In this document: positions 12,552 to 22,312 of the stretch, piece by piece | How the letters are laid out: each line of letters opens with the position of its first letter | Position numbering within the stretch: the stretch's first letter is position 1 | Origin: Nitrosopumilus sp. | Lineage (GTDB): Archaea; Thermoproteota; Nitrososphaeria; Nitrososphaerales; Nitrosopumilaceae | NCBI GenBank assembly: GCA_965218695.1 | Contig: OZ244651.1 | Span: 576,001 to 640,000, forward strand | Length of the DNA: 64,000 nt | Direction: 5' to 3' | The notes under the pieces: generated by a model | What the model was told of the DNA's origin: nothing | Databases searched by the model: none | What the model saw: only the letters and a program-made list of their open reading frames with translations | Position numbers and translations under genes: made by a program

Positions 12552-12797
12552 TTACGGCAGCATAATGTCACGCGGCCTTCTTTTCTCTATTTCAAAAGGA
12601 ACGCTGTTTGCCTTAAGCACGGTGTTGACTGCATCGTCATGTAGTGTTTTTTGGGCCACGGCCGCAAATTCCGACTGCAGATTATCCCAATCAGTCATTG
12701 TTAGCCACCTCTTGGCAAAAAGTTCAGCCCTCTCCTGTAGTGGCAGTTCGGGGTCGTCCTGTATTGCCTTCCATTCCTCGTCGGACATTAGTTCCAT
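12552..12797 (-). CDS. Hypothetical protein
   Basis: 81-aa ORF, TTTAAAT TATA-like box about 25 nt upstream. Confidence 0.55.
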   Translation of the reverse strand: MELMSDEEWKAIQDDPELPLQERAELFAKRWLTMTDWDNLQSEFAAVAQKTLHDDAVNTVLKANSVPFEIEKRRPRDIMLP

Positions 12798-12920
12798 GTT
12801 TGTTAGTGGGTTGGATTCTATTTAAATCCGGGTGAACTTTGGAAAGAACACTGTTTGTTCAGTCGCAGTGATATTCGATTCTGTTTGGTTGACAGTGCGA
12901 GTGGATGCCTGACGTATACT

Positions 12921-13145
12921 TCATTTGTATTTGTCTCGTTGCTGCACCAGACTGGCTATCTTTGTCGTGTAGTCCAGCCACTCATCATAACACGCATCTT
13001 CTTTTCGTTTTGCGCGCTCTAACTTGCTTGCATTGCCTGCGACATTCTCGCATTTTTCGCGGTCACTAGTTGCCTTCTTGAGCCTCTTGTCTGCGGCTGT
13101 TTGTTTTTCTTCGAGGGCTTTGATCATGGAATCATACGACGTCAT
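12921..13145 (-). CDS. Small coiled-coil hypothetical protein
   Basis: 74-aa Lys/Glu-rich ORF, translationally coupled (TAATG overlap) to the ABC ATPase. Confidence 0.6.
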   Translation of the reverse strand: MTSYDSMIKALEEKQTAADKRLKKATSDREKCENVAGNASKLERAKRKEDACYDEWLDYTTKIASLVQQRDKYK

Positions 13146-13885
13146 TATTCCCCGATCCCGTCGCGAACTTTCCGCGCCAACTCCAGCACTTTCTTGTCTT
13201 CCGGGTGGCGCGGATGCGGCAGGTCATTTTTGGTGTCGGATGAAATCTCCCCTGGTCGCTTGGTAAATCGTATTATCCTCGTGCCGAGTACTGCTGCCTC
13301 CACCGGATCATGCGTCACAAATATTATGGTCTTGTTTGTGCGCTGCCAGATCAACTGTAGTTCCATCATAAGGTCGGTTTTCGTGGAATGATCCAACGCG
13401 GAGAACGGCTCGTCCATGAGCAGCATGTCAGGATCCATGGCCAGCGCCCTGGCGATCGACACGCGCTGCTTCATGCCCGTGGACAACTGCTTGACGTACG
13501 TGTCAGCAAACGTGCTCAGATTCATCATATCGAGAAACCTGGCGGAAATCTTGGCACGCTTTTCCTTGGGAATCTTTGCCATCCTCAACCCGAACTCCAC
13601 GTTGTCCCGAACGTCCAGCCACGGGAACAGCGTGTCCTCCTGAAATACCATTATCCTTTCGGGCGACGGTTCGCCTATTTGTTTGTCGTATGACAGTATG
13701 CGGCCTCCGTCGGGTTTTATGAAGCCGCTGATCATCCGCAACAGCGTGGACTTGCCACATCCACTGGGCCCTGTAAGGCAAACGAACTCCCCCTCGCGAA
13801 TTTGCAAGCTCACGTCCTTGAGTGCCAGCAAATCCCTGGCCGTATGGTACGTCTTGCGGACGTTTATGCTTTCGATGGCATGCAT
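13145..13885 (-). CDS. NitT/TauT-family ABC transporter ATP-binding subunit (no permease nearby)
   Basis: GPSGCGKST, VFQEDTLFPW, LSTGMKQR, MDEPFSALD, VTHD motifs. Confidence 0.93.
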   Translation of the reverse strand: MHAIESINVRKTYHTARDLLALKDVSLQIREGEFVCLTGPSGCGKSTLLRMISGFIKPDGGRILSYDKQIGEPSPERIMVFQEDTLFPWLDVRDNVEFGLRMAKIPKEKRAKISARFLDMMNLSTFADTYVKQLSTGMKQRVSIARALAMDPDMLLMDEPFSALDHSTKTDLMMELQLIWQRTNKTIIFVTHDPVEAAVLGTRIIRFTKRPGEISSDTKNDLPHPRHPEDKKVLELARKVRDGIGE

Positions 13886-14166
13886 GATGCATGTTGTGCG
13901 TGCTTTGCTAAAAACGCTTAGTTTCTCTGTGTTTCAAAATAATGGAATAGTCGTGGTGTGTGTGGGAGTAGATCATAATAATGATTAACAGAGTGCCACA
14001 CCATGAGATGTTCGTCAAGCAATCATTATGGCATTTTCTAAACCAAAACCATGTCCAAAACCTGATTGGTTATAGCGCAAACGCTATAATTTTTATGCAA
14101 TTCAACCGTTATACCATCATGATAGAGGAAAAAGGCCCTTTTATGCCGAGGAATGGTGTGGGGTAG

Positions 14167-15294
14167 ATGTTCGGAAGGAAGAAGAAGCAGAGACAGCAGG
14201 AGGTACCAGACGCCAATGTCCGCACCCACGAGTCCGGCTACATCATGCGGACCGGCGAGAACCTAGTACTGGCGCAGGAAGCCACGTCTCCAGAGGGCAA
14301 CGGCTGGCTGCTGGCGACCAACAAATCGCTTTTCTTCATCCATGGCAGCCGTGGTGTTTACCTGTACATTGATCACGGCATGATTAAGTCATTGGGAAAT
14401 GAGAAGGGTAGGATTACCGTCAAATGGTTGGAGAAGGGCCGGCAGTTCGAGTTCCAGATGAGGCTAAAGGACGGGTTTTATACGCCTGACGAGGCAGTCA
14501 ACATGCTCAACATGCGGTTCCAGTACACCGGACCTGCACTTGATCACGTCGAGCCGACTGAGAAGGAGATTGTAGAAGCCAGGAAAGACAGGCTTGAACG
14601 CATCGGGCGGATATTGGGAAACATACGGAAGGAAGTCAACAGGCTCCAAAAGAAGAAAGAACTGGATCAAAAAGAACAGAAGGACCTAAAACGGTTCATT
14701 TACCATCAAACCGTGGCCACCGGGAACGAAAAATGCATGATGTCCATGCCGTTTGTCCGTTCCGCCAAGGTTCCAGCGCGTATTCCACTCACTGCAGTTT
14801 GGAACGATTGCTACTTTGACGACAAGAGGAAGCTGTACGTTACGTTCCGCAAATTCCGCAACGGTTTAGGGCCAAAGACGCTGGCCGACCAAAAGGAGTT
14901 CAATCCTGACGGTGAAGGCACGGTATTTCCCATAGACATGGTAGATTTTCGTTACGGCTATCCTGCTATCGAAGTAAAGACCGAAGACGGGCACTATACT
15001 GCCAGTCTGTTATGCACCATGGCCGAGGAGATGATTACCGAAGAACTTGTCACTGCACTGTTGGGTACACACGTTTCCTGGGACAACAACGAAGAGGTGT
15101 ATATGGGGCGGGTCTGGTACGAAACCGAAGCCACGCGCTGGATAGGCGGCAGTTTCTTCAAGCTGACTGATGCCGAACGCGAAAAAGCGATAAAACACAT
15201 TCCGTGGCTGCGAAACACGAATGATCAGGACATTCCTTGGATCAAGCCGTACAAGATCATTCAGTTCGACAAAGAACAGGCAGTCAAGCCGTAA
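14167..15294 (+). CDS. Hypothetical protein (possible N-terminal PH-like domain plus coiled coil)
   Basis: 375-aa ORF; GWLLATNKSLFF resembles bacterial PH-like domains; a paralogous C-terminal fragment lies at about 43980-44167. Confidence 0.75.
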   Translation: MFGRKKKQRQQEVPDANVRTHESGYIMRTGENLVLAQEATSPEGNGWLLATNKSLFFIHGSRGVYLYIDHGMIKSLGNEKGRITVKWLEKGRQFEFQMRLKDGFYTPDEAVNMLNMRFQYTGPALDHVEPTEKEIVEARKDRLERIGRILGNIRKEVNRLQKKKELDQKEQKDLKRFIYHQTVATGNEKCMMSMPFVRSAKVPARIPLTAVWNDCYFDDKRKLYVTFRKFRNGLGPKTLADQKEFNPDGEGTVFPIDMVDFRYGYPAIEVKTEDGHYTASLLCTMAEEMITEELVTALLGTHVSWDNNEEVYMGRVWYETEATRWIGGSFFKLTDAEREKAIKHIPWLRNTNDQDIPWIKPYKIIQFDKEQAVKP

Positions 15295-15300
15295 CCGGTG

Positions 15301-16074
15301 TCATTCATTCAAAAATATCTCTGTGCTTAGTGCATACTGCGCAAGCGCGTTTACCGCACGCATCTTGTCCTTACCGTTGCCTCCGGCTTGCTGAAACGCA
15401 ATCTCGGCGTTCCTGACGCACTCGGCGTATCCTGGAATCGCCATATATTGTTCGACCATGGGCGGTTCGACCCTTGTGATTACCGGAATGTTGAACCCGT
15501 ACTTCTGGCCGATGGACGAGTAAAACATCAGGAAGATCTCCGGATCGTCATGGTACGCGCGCAGCGCGTTCATGGTTTGCTTGACCGGCACCGTGCGGAG
15601 CATCTGGGTGTGCGAGATGAAATAACCGAGTCCGCCGTTCTGGGCAGGAACCATCATGTATTCGTAATCGTCTTTGCCTCCACTCCATTTGCAGTCCAGG
15701 CGCAAAAAGTTTCTCATGTTTGCTATCGTGCCGGCTATGACGTCCAGCACGTACAGGAGGCATCTCATGTCTGGATGCGAATGGTCCCTGGAAGAAAGCT
15801 TGCCGTTTGCTGCGTTTGTCGCGTTGAACATCCCCGCCACACCGTCAATCATTCCGGTAGTTATTGTAAGTCCAGCATCAGGCTTCTCGTCACCGAGTCC
15901 CTTTTTGTATCTTTGATAGTTGTTGGTTGGAATGTTGTGCCTGATGTGTATGTCGAACCTGGCGTGAAGCTCGTTCTTGGTGATCTTCCCGCCGCAGGCG
16001 CGGCATTTTTTACCAAACACGCCTTGCCGTTTGGTGTCATTTGGGAAAAGGCTTTGTGTCAGGGATTTGATCAT
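15301..16074 (-). CDS. Hypothetical protein with N-terminal CxxC
   Basis: 257-aa ORF converging on 14167-15294; KCRACG motif. Confidence 0.7.
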   Translation of the reverse strand: MIKSLTQSLFPNDTKRQGVFGKKCRACGGKITKNELHARFDIHIRHNIPTNNYQRYKKGLGDEKPDAGLTITTGMIDGVAGMFNATNAANGKLSSRDHSHPDMRCLLYVLDVIAGTIANMRNFLRLDCKWSGGKDDYEYMMVPAQNGGLGYFISHTQMLRTVPVKQTMNALRAYHDDPEIFLMFYSSIGQKYGFNIPVITRVEPPMVEQYMAIPGYAECVRNAEIAFQQAGGNGKDKMRAVNALAQYALSTEIFLNE

Positions 16075-16177
16075 TGGTAGGTTTTGGACAGGCGTTCTGC
16101 ACTAAGTGAAGGACTGACTGTCTGACATGATTATTAGATACGACAAGGATAAGTACCATTTTCTTACTCTCTCTTGC

Positions 16178-16336
16178 ATGAGTTGTTGCATTTGTGGGGC
16201 TAGTGCTCCGTTCCTCGGTCATTGGGCAAAGTGCAGACTTTGCGGGGAAAGGGTGTGTCAGAAAGACGCCTGCCAGTTTAGCTGGCACGGCAAGCCCGCA
16301 TGCAAAAACTGCGTGAAATTAAAGACCGGCCAATAA
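16178..16336 (+). CDS. Cys-rich zinc-finger microprotein
   Basis: MSCCICG...CRLCGERVC...C...CKNC; GATAAGTA box about 25 nt upstream. Confidence 0.65.
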   Translation: MSCCICGASAPFLGHWAKCRLCGERVCQKDACQFSWHGKPACKNCVKLKTGQ

Positions 16337-16387
16337 GATTGGTCCGACGGCCATGTGGGGGTTTTATGCAAACCATGCACGGTGTCC

Positions 16388-17038
16388 ATGAAAATAGATC
16401 CGGACGACGTGGAACGCTACAAGGTGTTGTGGGGGGACGCGTGCCAGGTGTTGGCAACGTTAGTGCCAGGCAAGATAAACAGCATCTATGCCGAGATGTA
16501 TTCTACACCGGATCTGGGCCAAAGTTATGATGAGTTCCAGGCGTACACGCGCCGCTTTTGTGCCGTGTTGTACGACGTGCTTGATGGTTCAGGTTCCCTG
16601 TTTGTCGCGGTTGCGGAGCCGTACGTGGAATGGTATTGGAGCATGATGAAAGAGGCAGGCTGGATCAGGCAACATGATACCATGCCGGTCCTGCATTGCA
16701 CGAAGTCTGATAATTTTTACCGGAAGTTTGACGACATGCCACTGGTGGCGAAAGAAGACCAACATGCAAGGCAAACGCTGGCAGTGCGCGCCAAGGACGG
16801 ATTCTTTGACGCCCGACAGGTCGGCCCGCTTGAAGACATGGTATGCAGTGCATTCACGCCGCCCGGCGGCATCACGTTGGACCCCACCATGGGTTCGGGC
16901 ACGCACCTGGCAGCAGCGCTGCAGCGCGGCCGCCGGGCCATCGGCATAGACTGTGACATGAAGAGCGTCGGGATGACGTCGCGCAGGCTGGCATTGTTGG
17001 GAGGATGGATCCATCCCCAATCTGCAACACGTTCCTAA
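16388..17038 (+). CDS. Degenerate N4/N6 DNA methyltransferase-like protein
   Basis: GDA...INSIY N-terminus and LDPTMGSGT...GRRAIGID SAM-binding motif; the catalytic (D/S)PPY motif is replaced by STPD. Confidence 0.7.
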   Translation: MKIDPDDVERYKVLWGDACQVLATLVPGKINSIYAEMYSTPDLGQSYDEFQAYTRRFCAVLYDVLDGSGSLFVAVAEPYVEWYWSMMKEAGWIRQHDTMPVLHCTKSDNFYRKFDDMPLVAKEDQHARQTLAVRAKDGFFDARQVGPLEDMVCSAFTPPGGITLDPTMGSGTHLAAALQRGRRAIGIDCDMKSVGMTSRRLALLGGWIHPQSATRS

Positions 17039-17074
17039 CGTGGCCCTTATACCGTTTTCGCACACGTATTGTAG

Positions 17075-17188
17075 ATGGCCAAGCATGATTGGATCTATGA
17101 CTTGTCGGCGGACTGGAAATGCAGAAAGTGCGGCCACAACAACGGCAACACGATCCATGAAGAAGACTGGGACGGATGTCCCGGATAA
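17075..17188 (+). CDS. 37-aa zinc-binding microprotein (not in ORF track)
   Basis: MAKHDWIYDLSADWKCRKCGHNNGNTIHEEDWDGCPG; CTTATAC box at 17046-17052. Confidence 0.55.
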   Translation: MAKHDWIYDLSADWKCRKCGHNNGNTIHEEDWDGCPG

Positions 17189-17275
17189 CGCCCCAATACA
17201 AGTTCTGTTCAAAATTAGGGATCTTGGGTAAAACCCACCAACCAATATGTTGGAGTGCCACAATTGAGTAGGGTT

Positions 17276-18124
17276 TTATCGGAACATTCGACTCCGTGTA
17301 ATTACTAATTCCAACACCTTGTCATGGTGGGCGTTCTTCATGCGCACCGACACGGCACAGAACCCGAATTCCCGCACCAGTCCGGCAACCTCTGGGGAAT
17401 AACCGTTCGTCATCAGGAAATCCACGTCTGATTCTGCCAGCATCCCGAAGAACCTTCGGTGGTCGATGTCGCTGTGCCTGTATAGATTGGTGTTGCCTCG
17501 CCTGCCGCCAGCTGCATACGGCGGATCAATGAATACCGCAATCTTGCGGCCGCGTTCCAACGATTCCAGTGCGGCCATCCCGTCAGCCTCGTGGAACGTG
17601 ATCCTGTCTGCGTATTTTGCTATTGTTTGCAGGCGGCGGATCAACGTGTCTGGGTACCAGCGCGAACCTATCCCCTTCCGGTTCTCCCCGTTCTTGATCA
17701 ACGACGCCCGCTGCGTGAGTATGCCAAAGTTTCGCGTCCGGTTTAACACCAGCGTCCGAAATCCGCTGGTCTCTTGTTGTTCAAGCGCAAGCACGTTCTC
17801 GCGTGTCAGATTGAATTGTCGTATTTGGTCTATCATGGAATCTGTATCATGGAGCGCGTCTTTCCAGAACGCGGCCACGTCGTGGTCCAACTCGATCATG
17901 ATGCAGCATTTGGCCATGTCCTCCATGACCGACGTCAACGGCACTATTCCCCCGCCTGCAAACGGGTCCAGCAACACGTCTGGCTTTGCCTTGGAAAGCC
18001 ACTCGCGGATATGCGGAATGAACCACGTCTTTCCACCCGGATAGCGCAGCGGACTGCACTGCGGGATTGTCGAGACATTGACTGCTGGAAACGGTGACGG
18101 TGGAAAGTCCACTTCAAGATTCAT
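17276..18124 (-). CDS. D12-class (Dam-like) DNA adenine methyltransferase
   Basis: SPLRYPGGKT, DPFAGGG, LNRT, FIDPPY motifs. Confidence 0.92.
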   Translation of the reverse strand: MNLEVDFPPSPFPAVNVSTIPQCSPLRYPGGKTWFIPHIREWLSKAKPDVLLDPFAGGGIVPLTSVMEDMAKCCIMIELDHDVAAFWKDALHDTDSMIDQIRQFNLTRENVLALEQQETSGFRTLVLNRTRNFGILTQRASLIKNGENRKGIGSRWYPDTLIRRLQTIAKYADRITFHEADGMAALESLERGRKIAVFIDPPYAAGGRRGNTNLYRHSDIDHRRFFGMLAESDVDFLMTNGYSPEVAGLVREFGFCAVSVRMKNAHHDKVLELVITRSRMFR

Positions 18125-18218
18125 GCATGCATGATTCGTGGCATTTTTAAGCCATGTTCACGACAGCCGGCATGCCGGCAGCATGAAGTCCTTTTACGTA
18201 AGGCTGCACGTGCATGTG

Positions 18219-18338
18219 ATGGGAGCACCGGATTGCGACAAATGCGGGATGGACACGTTTCAGACAGCATGTTGCGGCACCGAAATTTGCGGGTGCACCA
18301 CGCACTGCCCCAAATGCAAGAAGAAAATTATCATGTAA
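18219..18338 (+). CDS. 39-aa Cys-rich microprotein
   Basis: MGAPDCDKCG...CCG...CGCTTHCPKCKKK; CTTTTAC box at 18191-18197. Confidence 0.6.
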   Translation: MGAPDCDKCGMDTFQTACCGTEICGCTTHCPKCKKKIIM

Positions 18339-18416
18339 CCGGCAGCCGTGCGGATGTCGTGAGTTCTGCCAGCCTTAAAAGCCGTACCAGCACCTACAAT
18401 TCATGGAGGCATTTGA

Positions 18417-19667
18417 TTGAGGTTTGCGCACATCTCCGATATCCACCTGGGATTCCAAAAGAACCCGGCGCTGCAGGACATCGAGCAGCATGTGTTCGAG
18501 GACGTGTTAGACAGGTGTATCTCCATGAATGTGGACTTTATCCTCATGCCAGGCGACATATTCCATGTGAATATCCCGCCAATGCGGGTCCAAAAGTACG
18601 CGTTTGCAAAGTTCCGCCAGGTGTATGAGGCCGGGATTCCGGTATACGTGGTGTATGGTAGCCATGACTTTTCCCCCGTGTCTGGCTCGGTAATCGACTT
18701 ACTGGCCTCGATTGGTTACATAACCAAGGTTACCAGGGCTGAAAGCAGCGCTGATGGCACCATATTACTGGACTTCATACGTGACAAGACCGGCGCAAAA
18801 ATAACCGGCCTGTCAGGACTCAAGGCGGGAAACGACCGCACGTACTATGAAAAACTAGACCGGGCGGTGTTGGAGTCCGAACCCGGATTCAAGATATTTC
18901 TGTTCCACGGCGGGATTGCAGAGATGAAGGACAACATGATAAACGAGGGAGAAATGATGCCGCTGTCGTTGCTGCCGAGGGGATTTTCGTATTATGCCGG
19001 CGGGCACATGCACGAGCAGAACGCCCAGAAGTTTGACGGGTACGCGCACGTCGTATACCCGGGCACGCCGTTTGCGGGGTTTCATTCCGACCTGGAAGAC
19101 AACGCCGGCGGGACCAAGAGGGGATTCTATGTAGTCGAATTTGAAGACAACGTCAAGTCAGTCGAGTTCATCCAGGTGGAAAACGCGTCGTACGGCATGA
19201 TTGACGTAAACGCCGAAGGCAAGCCCGCGGAGTCCGTGAATGCCGAACTGCAGCAGAGGACTGCCGACGCTGATCCAGCAGGCAAAATCATGATAATCAG
19301 AATTTCAGGCGAGATGGCAAATGGCAAGACGGCCGACGTGGACGTTTTGGCCGCGCAGGCCGGCCTAACACAAAGGGGCGCGGTGGCCACGCTGATCAAG
19401 AAGAACAAGCTAAAGTCAAAAGAGTACGAGATAACGCCAGTCAAGGGGGCTGACCGCAAGGAGATTGAGGCCGGCATATTTTTTGAGAACATCGGGCAGC
19501 TCCGCCTCGGCAGGGAGGATCTGGCCGGAGAGCGCGGCGTCGGCCTTGCAGTAACACTGCTCCACACCCTAGGGGCCGGACAGCTTGTCAACGAAAAGAA
19601 GGCCGAATACACAGACAGGATAAAGGAAGACGCGCTTGCAGCATTGGGGATGAATAATGATTCTTGA
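18417..19667 (+). CDS. mre11: DNA double-strand break repair nuclease Mre11
   Basis: SDIHLG, GDIFH, GSHD, FHGG, GGHMH, YPG phosphoesterase motifs; overlaps the rad50 start. Confidence 0.96.
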   Translation: MRFAHISDIHLGFQKNPALQDIEQHVFEDVLDRCISMNVDFILMPGDIFHVNIPPMRVQKYAFAKFRQVYEAGIPVYVVYGSHDFSPVSGSVIDLLASIGYITKVTRAESSADGTILLDFIRDKTGAKITGLSGLKAGNDRTYYEKLDRAVLESEPGFKIFLFHGGIAEMKDNMINEGEMMPLSLLPRGFSYYAGGHMHEQNAQKFDGYAHVVYPGTPFAGFHSDLEDNAGGTKRGFYVVEFEDNVKSVEFIQVENASYGMIDVNAEGKPAESVNAELQQRTADADPAGKIMIIRISGEMANGKTADVDVLAAQAGLTQRGAVATLIKKNKLKSKEYEITPVKGADRKEIEAGIFFENIGQLRLGREDLAGERGVGLAVTLLHTLGAGQLVNEKKAEYTDRIKEDALAALGMNNDS

Positions 19668-22077
19668 TTCCATCGTGGTTGAAAACATCCGCAGCTACGC
19701 GCACGAGGAGGTAGAATTTTCAACCGGAACGTCGTTGCTCGAAGGCGACATCGGCTCTGGCAAGTCGACCATACTGATGGCAATAGAGTTCGCGCTGTTC
19801 GGCCTGGGGGCGCAAAAATCAGAATCACTGCTGTCCAAAAAGGAGAGCGCGGGTTACGTGGTGTTGAAGTTCACAGTGGACGGCCACTCGTACGAAGTCA
19901 AGCGTGCGCTGAAAAAGACCACCCATGGAACAAACCAGAACCCAAAGGACTCGTGGTTCAAGCAGGACGGCGTGCACGAGCCCCTGTCGCCGTCGGAGAT
20001 CAAGCAGCGCGTACTGGAGATTCTCGGGTTCAACGAGTCCGCAGACCCCAAGACGGAAAGCAGGATCTACCGATATGCCGTCTTTACGCCGCAGGAGGAG
20101 ATGAAAAAGGTGCTGTCTGACTCCAAAAACCGCCTGGAGACAATAAGGAAGGCGTTCCAGATAGAGGAGTACAGCACTGCATGGGAAAACGCCAAGCTGC
20201 TGTCGTCGGATATCCGGACCAGGATGGCCGTGATGGCAGTAAGGTTTGGCAGTATTCCGGAACTGGAATCGATGATATCCGAAGTTGAAGATGAGATTGA
20301 CGCTGCCGACGCCAAGATCCAAGAAGGACGGGAGAGGCAAAAGAACATCGATGGCAGGATTGACGCTGCCGACGCCGAATTAAACGAGTTGCGAAAAAAA
20401 GACTCCACGAGGATCCGCCTGCAGTCTGAAATCGACGGCCTGAAAGGCAAGATTTCCGAAAGAACCAACATGGTGAAATGGATCAAAAACGGCATTGAGG
20501 AATCCAAAAAAGAGTTAGAAGAACTGGATGCCGACTACGACGAGAAGGCCAAGACAAAGGCGCCGGACACTAAAATGACGAGCTACGAGTTAACAGACGA
20601 AATAAAGAAGTTCCAAAAAATCAGCGAGGCCCGCGTGCAGACAGAGACGAAACTAAAGTCGGTCAAAACAGACCTGGCCGACATACGGGTAGAGCTTGGT
20701 GACATGGATACCAGCCTTGAATCTGCCAACGGTATGCTCGAATCCATGCAGGAGAAGAAAAAGACGTATGACGCGCAAGAGGAAAAAATACGGGCCGGGC
20801 TCGACTCTGCGCGCAGCCAAAAGACCCGCATGCAGACGAAAAAGGAAGGACTGGAAGACGAGATAGGCAGGTTTGCCACACTGGGCAGCAGATGTCCCAT
20901 GTGTGATCAAGATATAGATGAAAAGCACAACCACGCGATGGTCGATGACAAGAAGGCGGCCGTGCTGGAACTGGACAGGGAACTTGCCCAGACAGATTCC
21001 ACCATATCCCGGCTTACCACCGGGTTGGCTGAAAACGTGGAACTGCTGCGCGTGTGTGAGGACAAAATACCGCACATCCGGGAATCTATCAACGACGTCA
21101 AGTGGCGGGACGAACTGCAGTCTGACATTCCCAAGCTTGAAAAAGAGATAAGCGGGTTTGACTGCCAGTATTCTGAATTTCCCGGGGGGAATCCAATCGA
21201 GGTTCTGGGCAAACTCAAAGATGATGTGGCATCGTACGAACAGGTAGGATATGACATGGAGCGCATTGAGATTTCGAGGCGCAAGGTGAGGAACTATATA
21301 CAACGCAACCTTGAGGACATGGAGTCTGCAAAGTCGCAAATCTCAGAATGGCAGGCAGAACTGGCTCAGCATGAATCCAAGTTTGTCGTCATGGAGGACG
21401 TGACCGGTACGATAAAAGAGATTGAAGAAAAGACAGAAGGCCTGCGGGCCGAACTTGCTACCGTGGCTCACGACGTCACGGTGGCCGAAACCACCGTATC
21501 CAACAAGGAGGAAAACGCGGAATACTACAGGGCACAGCTTGCAGAATCCAAAAGACTAAAGGCGCTGCACGGCGAATCCTCCAAAACGCATGAATGGCTT
21601 GACAAGTTTTTCATGCCGGCCGTCAAAGAAATTGAAAAACAGGTGTTGCTGGACATACTGCAGAGATTCAACGCCAAATACCGCGAATGGTATTCGATGC
21701 TGGTCGACGATCCCACCAAGGAGTCAAGGATAGACGAGAACTTTACACCCGTGGTAGAGCAGGACGGGTACGAGCAAAAGGTGGATTTTCTCTCCGGGGG
21801 CGAAAAGACCAGCATAGCGCTTGCGTACAGACTTACACTGAACACGCTGGTCAGGGAGGCCGACTCGATAAAATCCAACCTGCTCATTTTGGACGAGCCC
21901 ACGGACGGCTTTTCCCAGGACCAGCTCGCAAAGGTGCAGGAGATACTGGACACCATCGACTCCGAGCAAATCATACTGGTCTCGCATGACCGCGAACTGG
22001 AGAACTGCGCCGATCACGTGTTCCAAATCTCAAAACACGACGGGATGTCAAGGATCCAGAAGGTCAGTGTTGGGTAA
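19657..22077 (+). CDS. rad50: DNA double-strand break repair ATPase Rad50
   Basis: GDIGSGKST, FTPQE, coiled coil with CPMC zinc hook, LSGGE, LDEPT, VSHD. Confidence 0.96.
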   Translation: MILDSIVVENIRSYAHEEVEFSTGTSLLEGDIGSGKSTILMAIEFALFGLGAQKSESLLSKKESAGYVVLKFTVDGHSYEVKRALKKTTHGTNQNPKDSWFKQDGVHEPLSPSEIKQRVLEILGFNESADPKTESRIYRYAVFTPQEEMKKVLSDSKNRLETIRKAFQIEEYSTAWENAKLLSSDIRTRMAVMAVRFGSIPELESMISEVEDEIDAADAKIQEGRERQKNIDGRIDAADAELNELRKKDSTRIRLQSEIDGLKGKISERTNMVKWIKNGIEESKKELEELDADYDEKAKTKAPDTKMTSYELTDEIKKFQKISEARVQTETKLKSVKTDLADIRVELGDMDTSLESANGMLESMQEKKKTYDAQEEKIRAGLDSARSQKTRMQTKKEGLEDEIGRFATLGSRCPMCDQDIDEKHNHAMVDDKKAAVLELDRELAQTDSTISRLTTGLAENVELLRVCEDKIPHIRESINDVKWRDELQSDIPKLEKEISGFDCQYSEFPGGNPIEVLGKLKDDVASYEQVGYDMERIEISRRKVRNYIQRNLEDMESAKSQISEWQAELAQHESKFVVMEDVTGTIKEIEEKTEGLRAELATVAHDVTVAETTVSNKEENAEYYRAQLAESKRLKALHGESSKTHEWLDKFFMPAVKEIEKQVLLDILQRFNAKYREWYSMLVDDPTKESRIDENFTPVVEQDGYEQKVDFLSGGEKTSIALAYRLTLNTLVREADSIKSNLLILDEPTDGFSQDQLAKVQEILDTIDSEQIILVSHDRELENCADHVFQISKHDGMSRIQKVSVG

Positions 22078-22205
22078 CTCCGGTCATACTGAATATTCAT
22101 AGTCAGTGTAGATAGTCGGTACCGATACTTAGTATGGAATACCAAACAGAGTTCAAAAACCAACAACTGCTTGTGACAGTTAAGTGAAAAACGTAGATGC
22201 CAATT

Positions 22206-22280
22206 AGATCAGTAGCACAGTCTGGACAGTGCAGGCGCCTTCTGAGTGCCAGGTCGCCGGTTCGAATCCGGCCGGGCCCG
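22206..22280 (+). tRNA. tRNA-Arg(TCT)-like gene with mispaired acceptor stem (possible pseudo-tRNA)
   Basis: D stem GCAC/GTGC, anticodon stem GGCGC/GTGCC with loop CTTCTGA, T arm GCCGG-TTCGAAT-CCGGC. The 3' strand CGGGCCC faces 5' AGATCAG (3 mismatches). Confidence 0.8.
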
Positions 22281-22312
22281 TCTCCTTTTATGTGAACCCA
22301 GCCATGTGGGTA

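Noticed and set aside
20294-20379. 19-bp direct repeat GATTGACGCTGCCGACGCC in rad50
   Set aside because: In-frame duplication within the coiled coil (IDAADA twice); no sign of a separate function.
22229-22312. N-terminal extension of PCNA in the ORF track
   Set aside because: It runs through the tRNA-Arg-like gene and the TATA box; PCNA similarity starts at about 22313.
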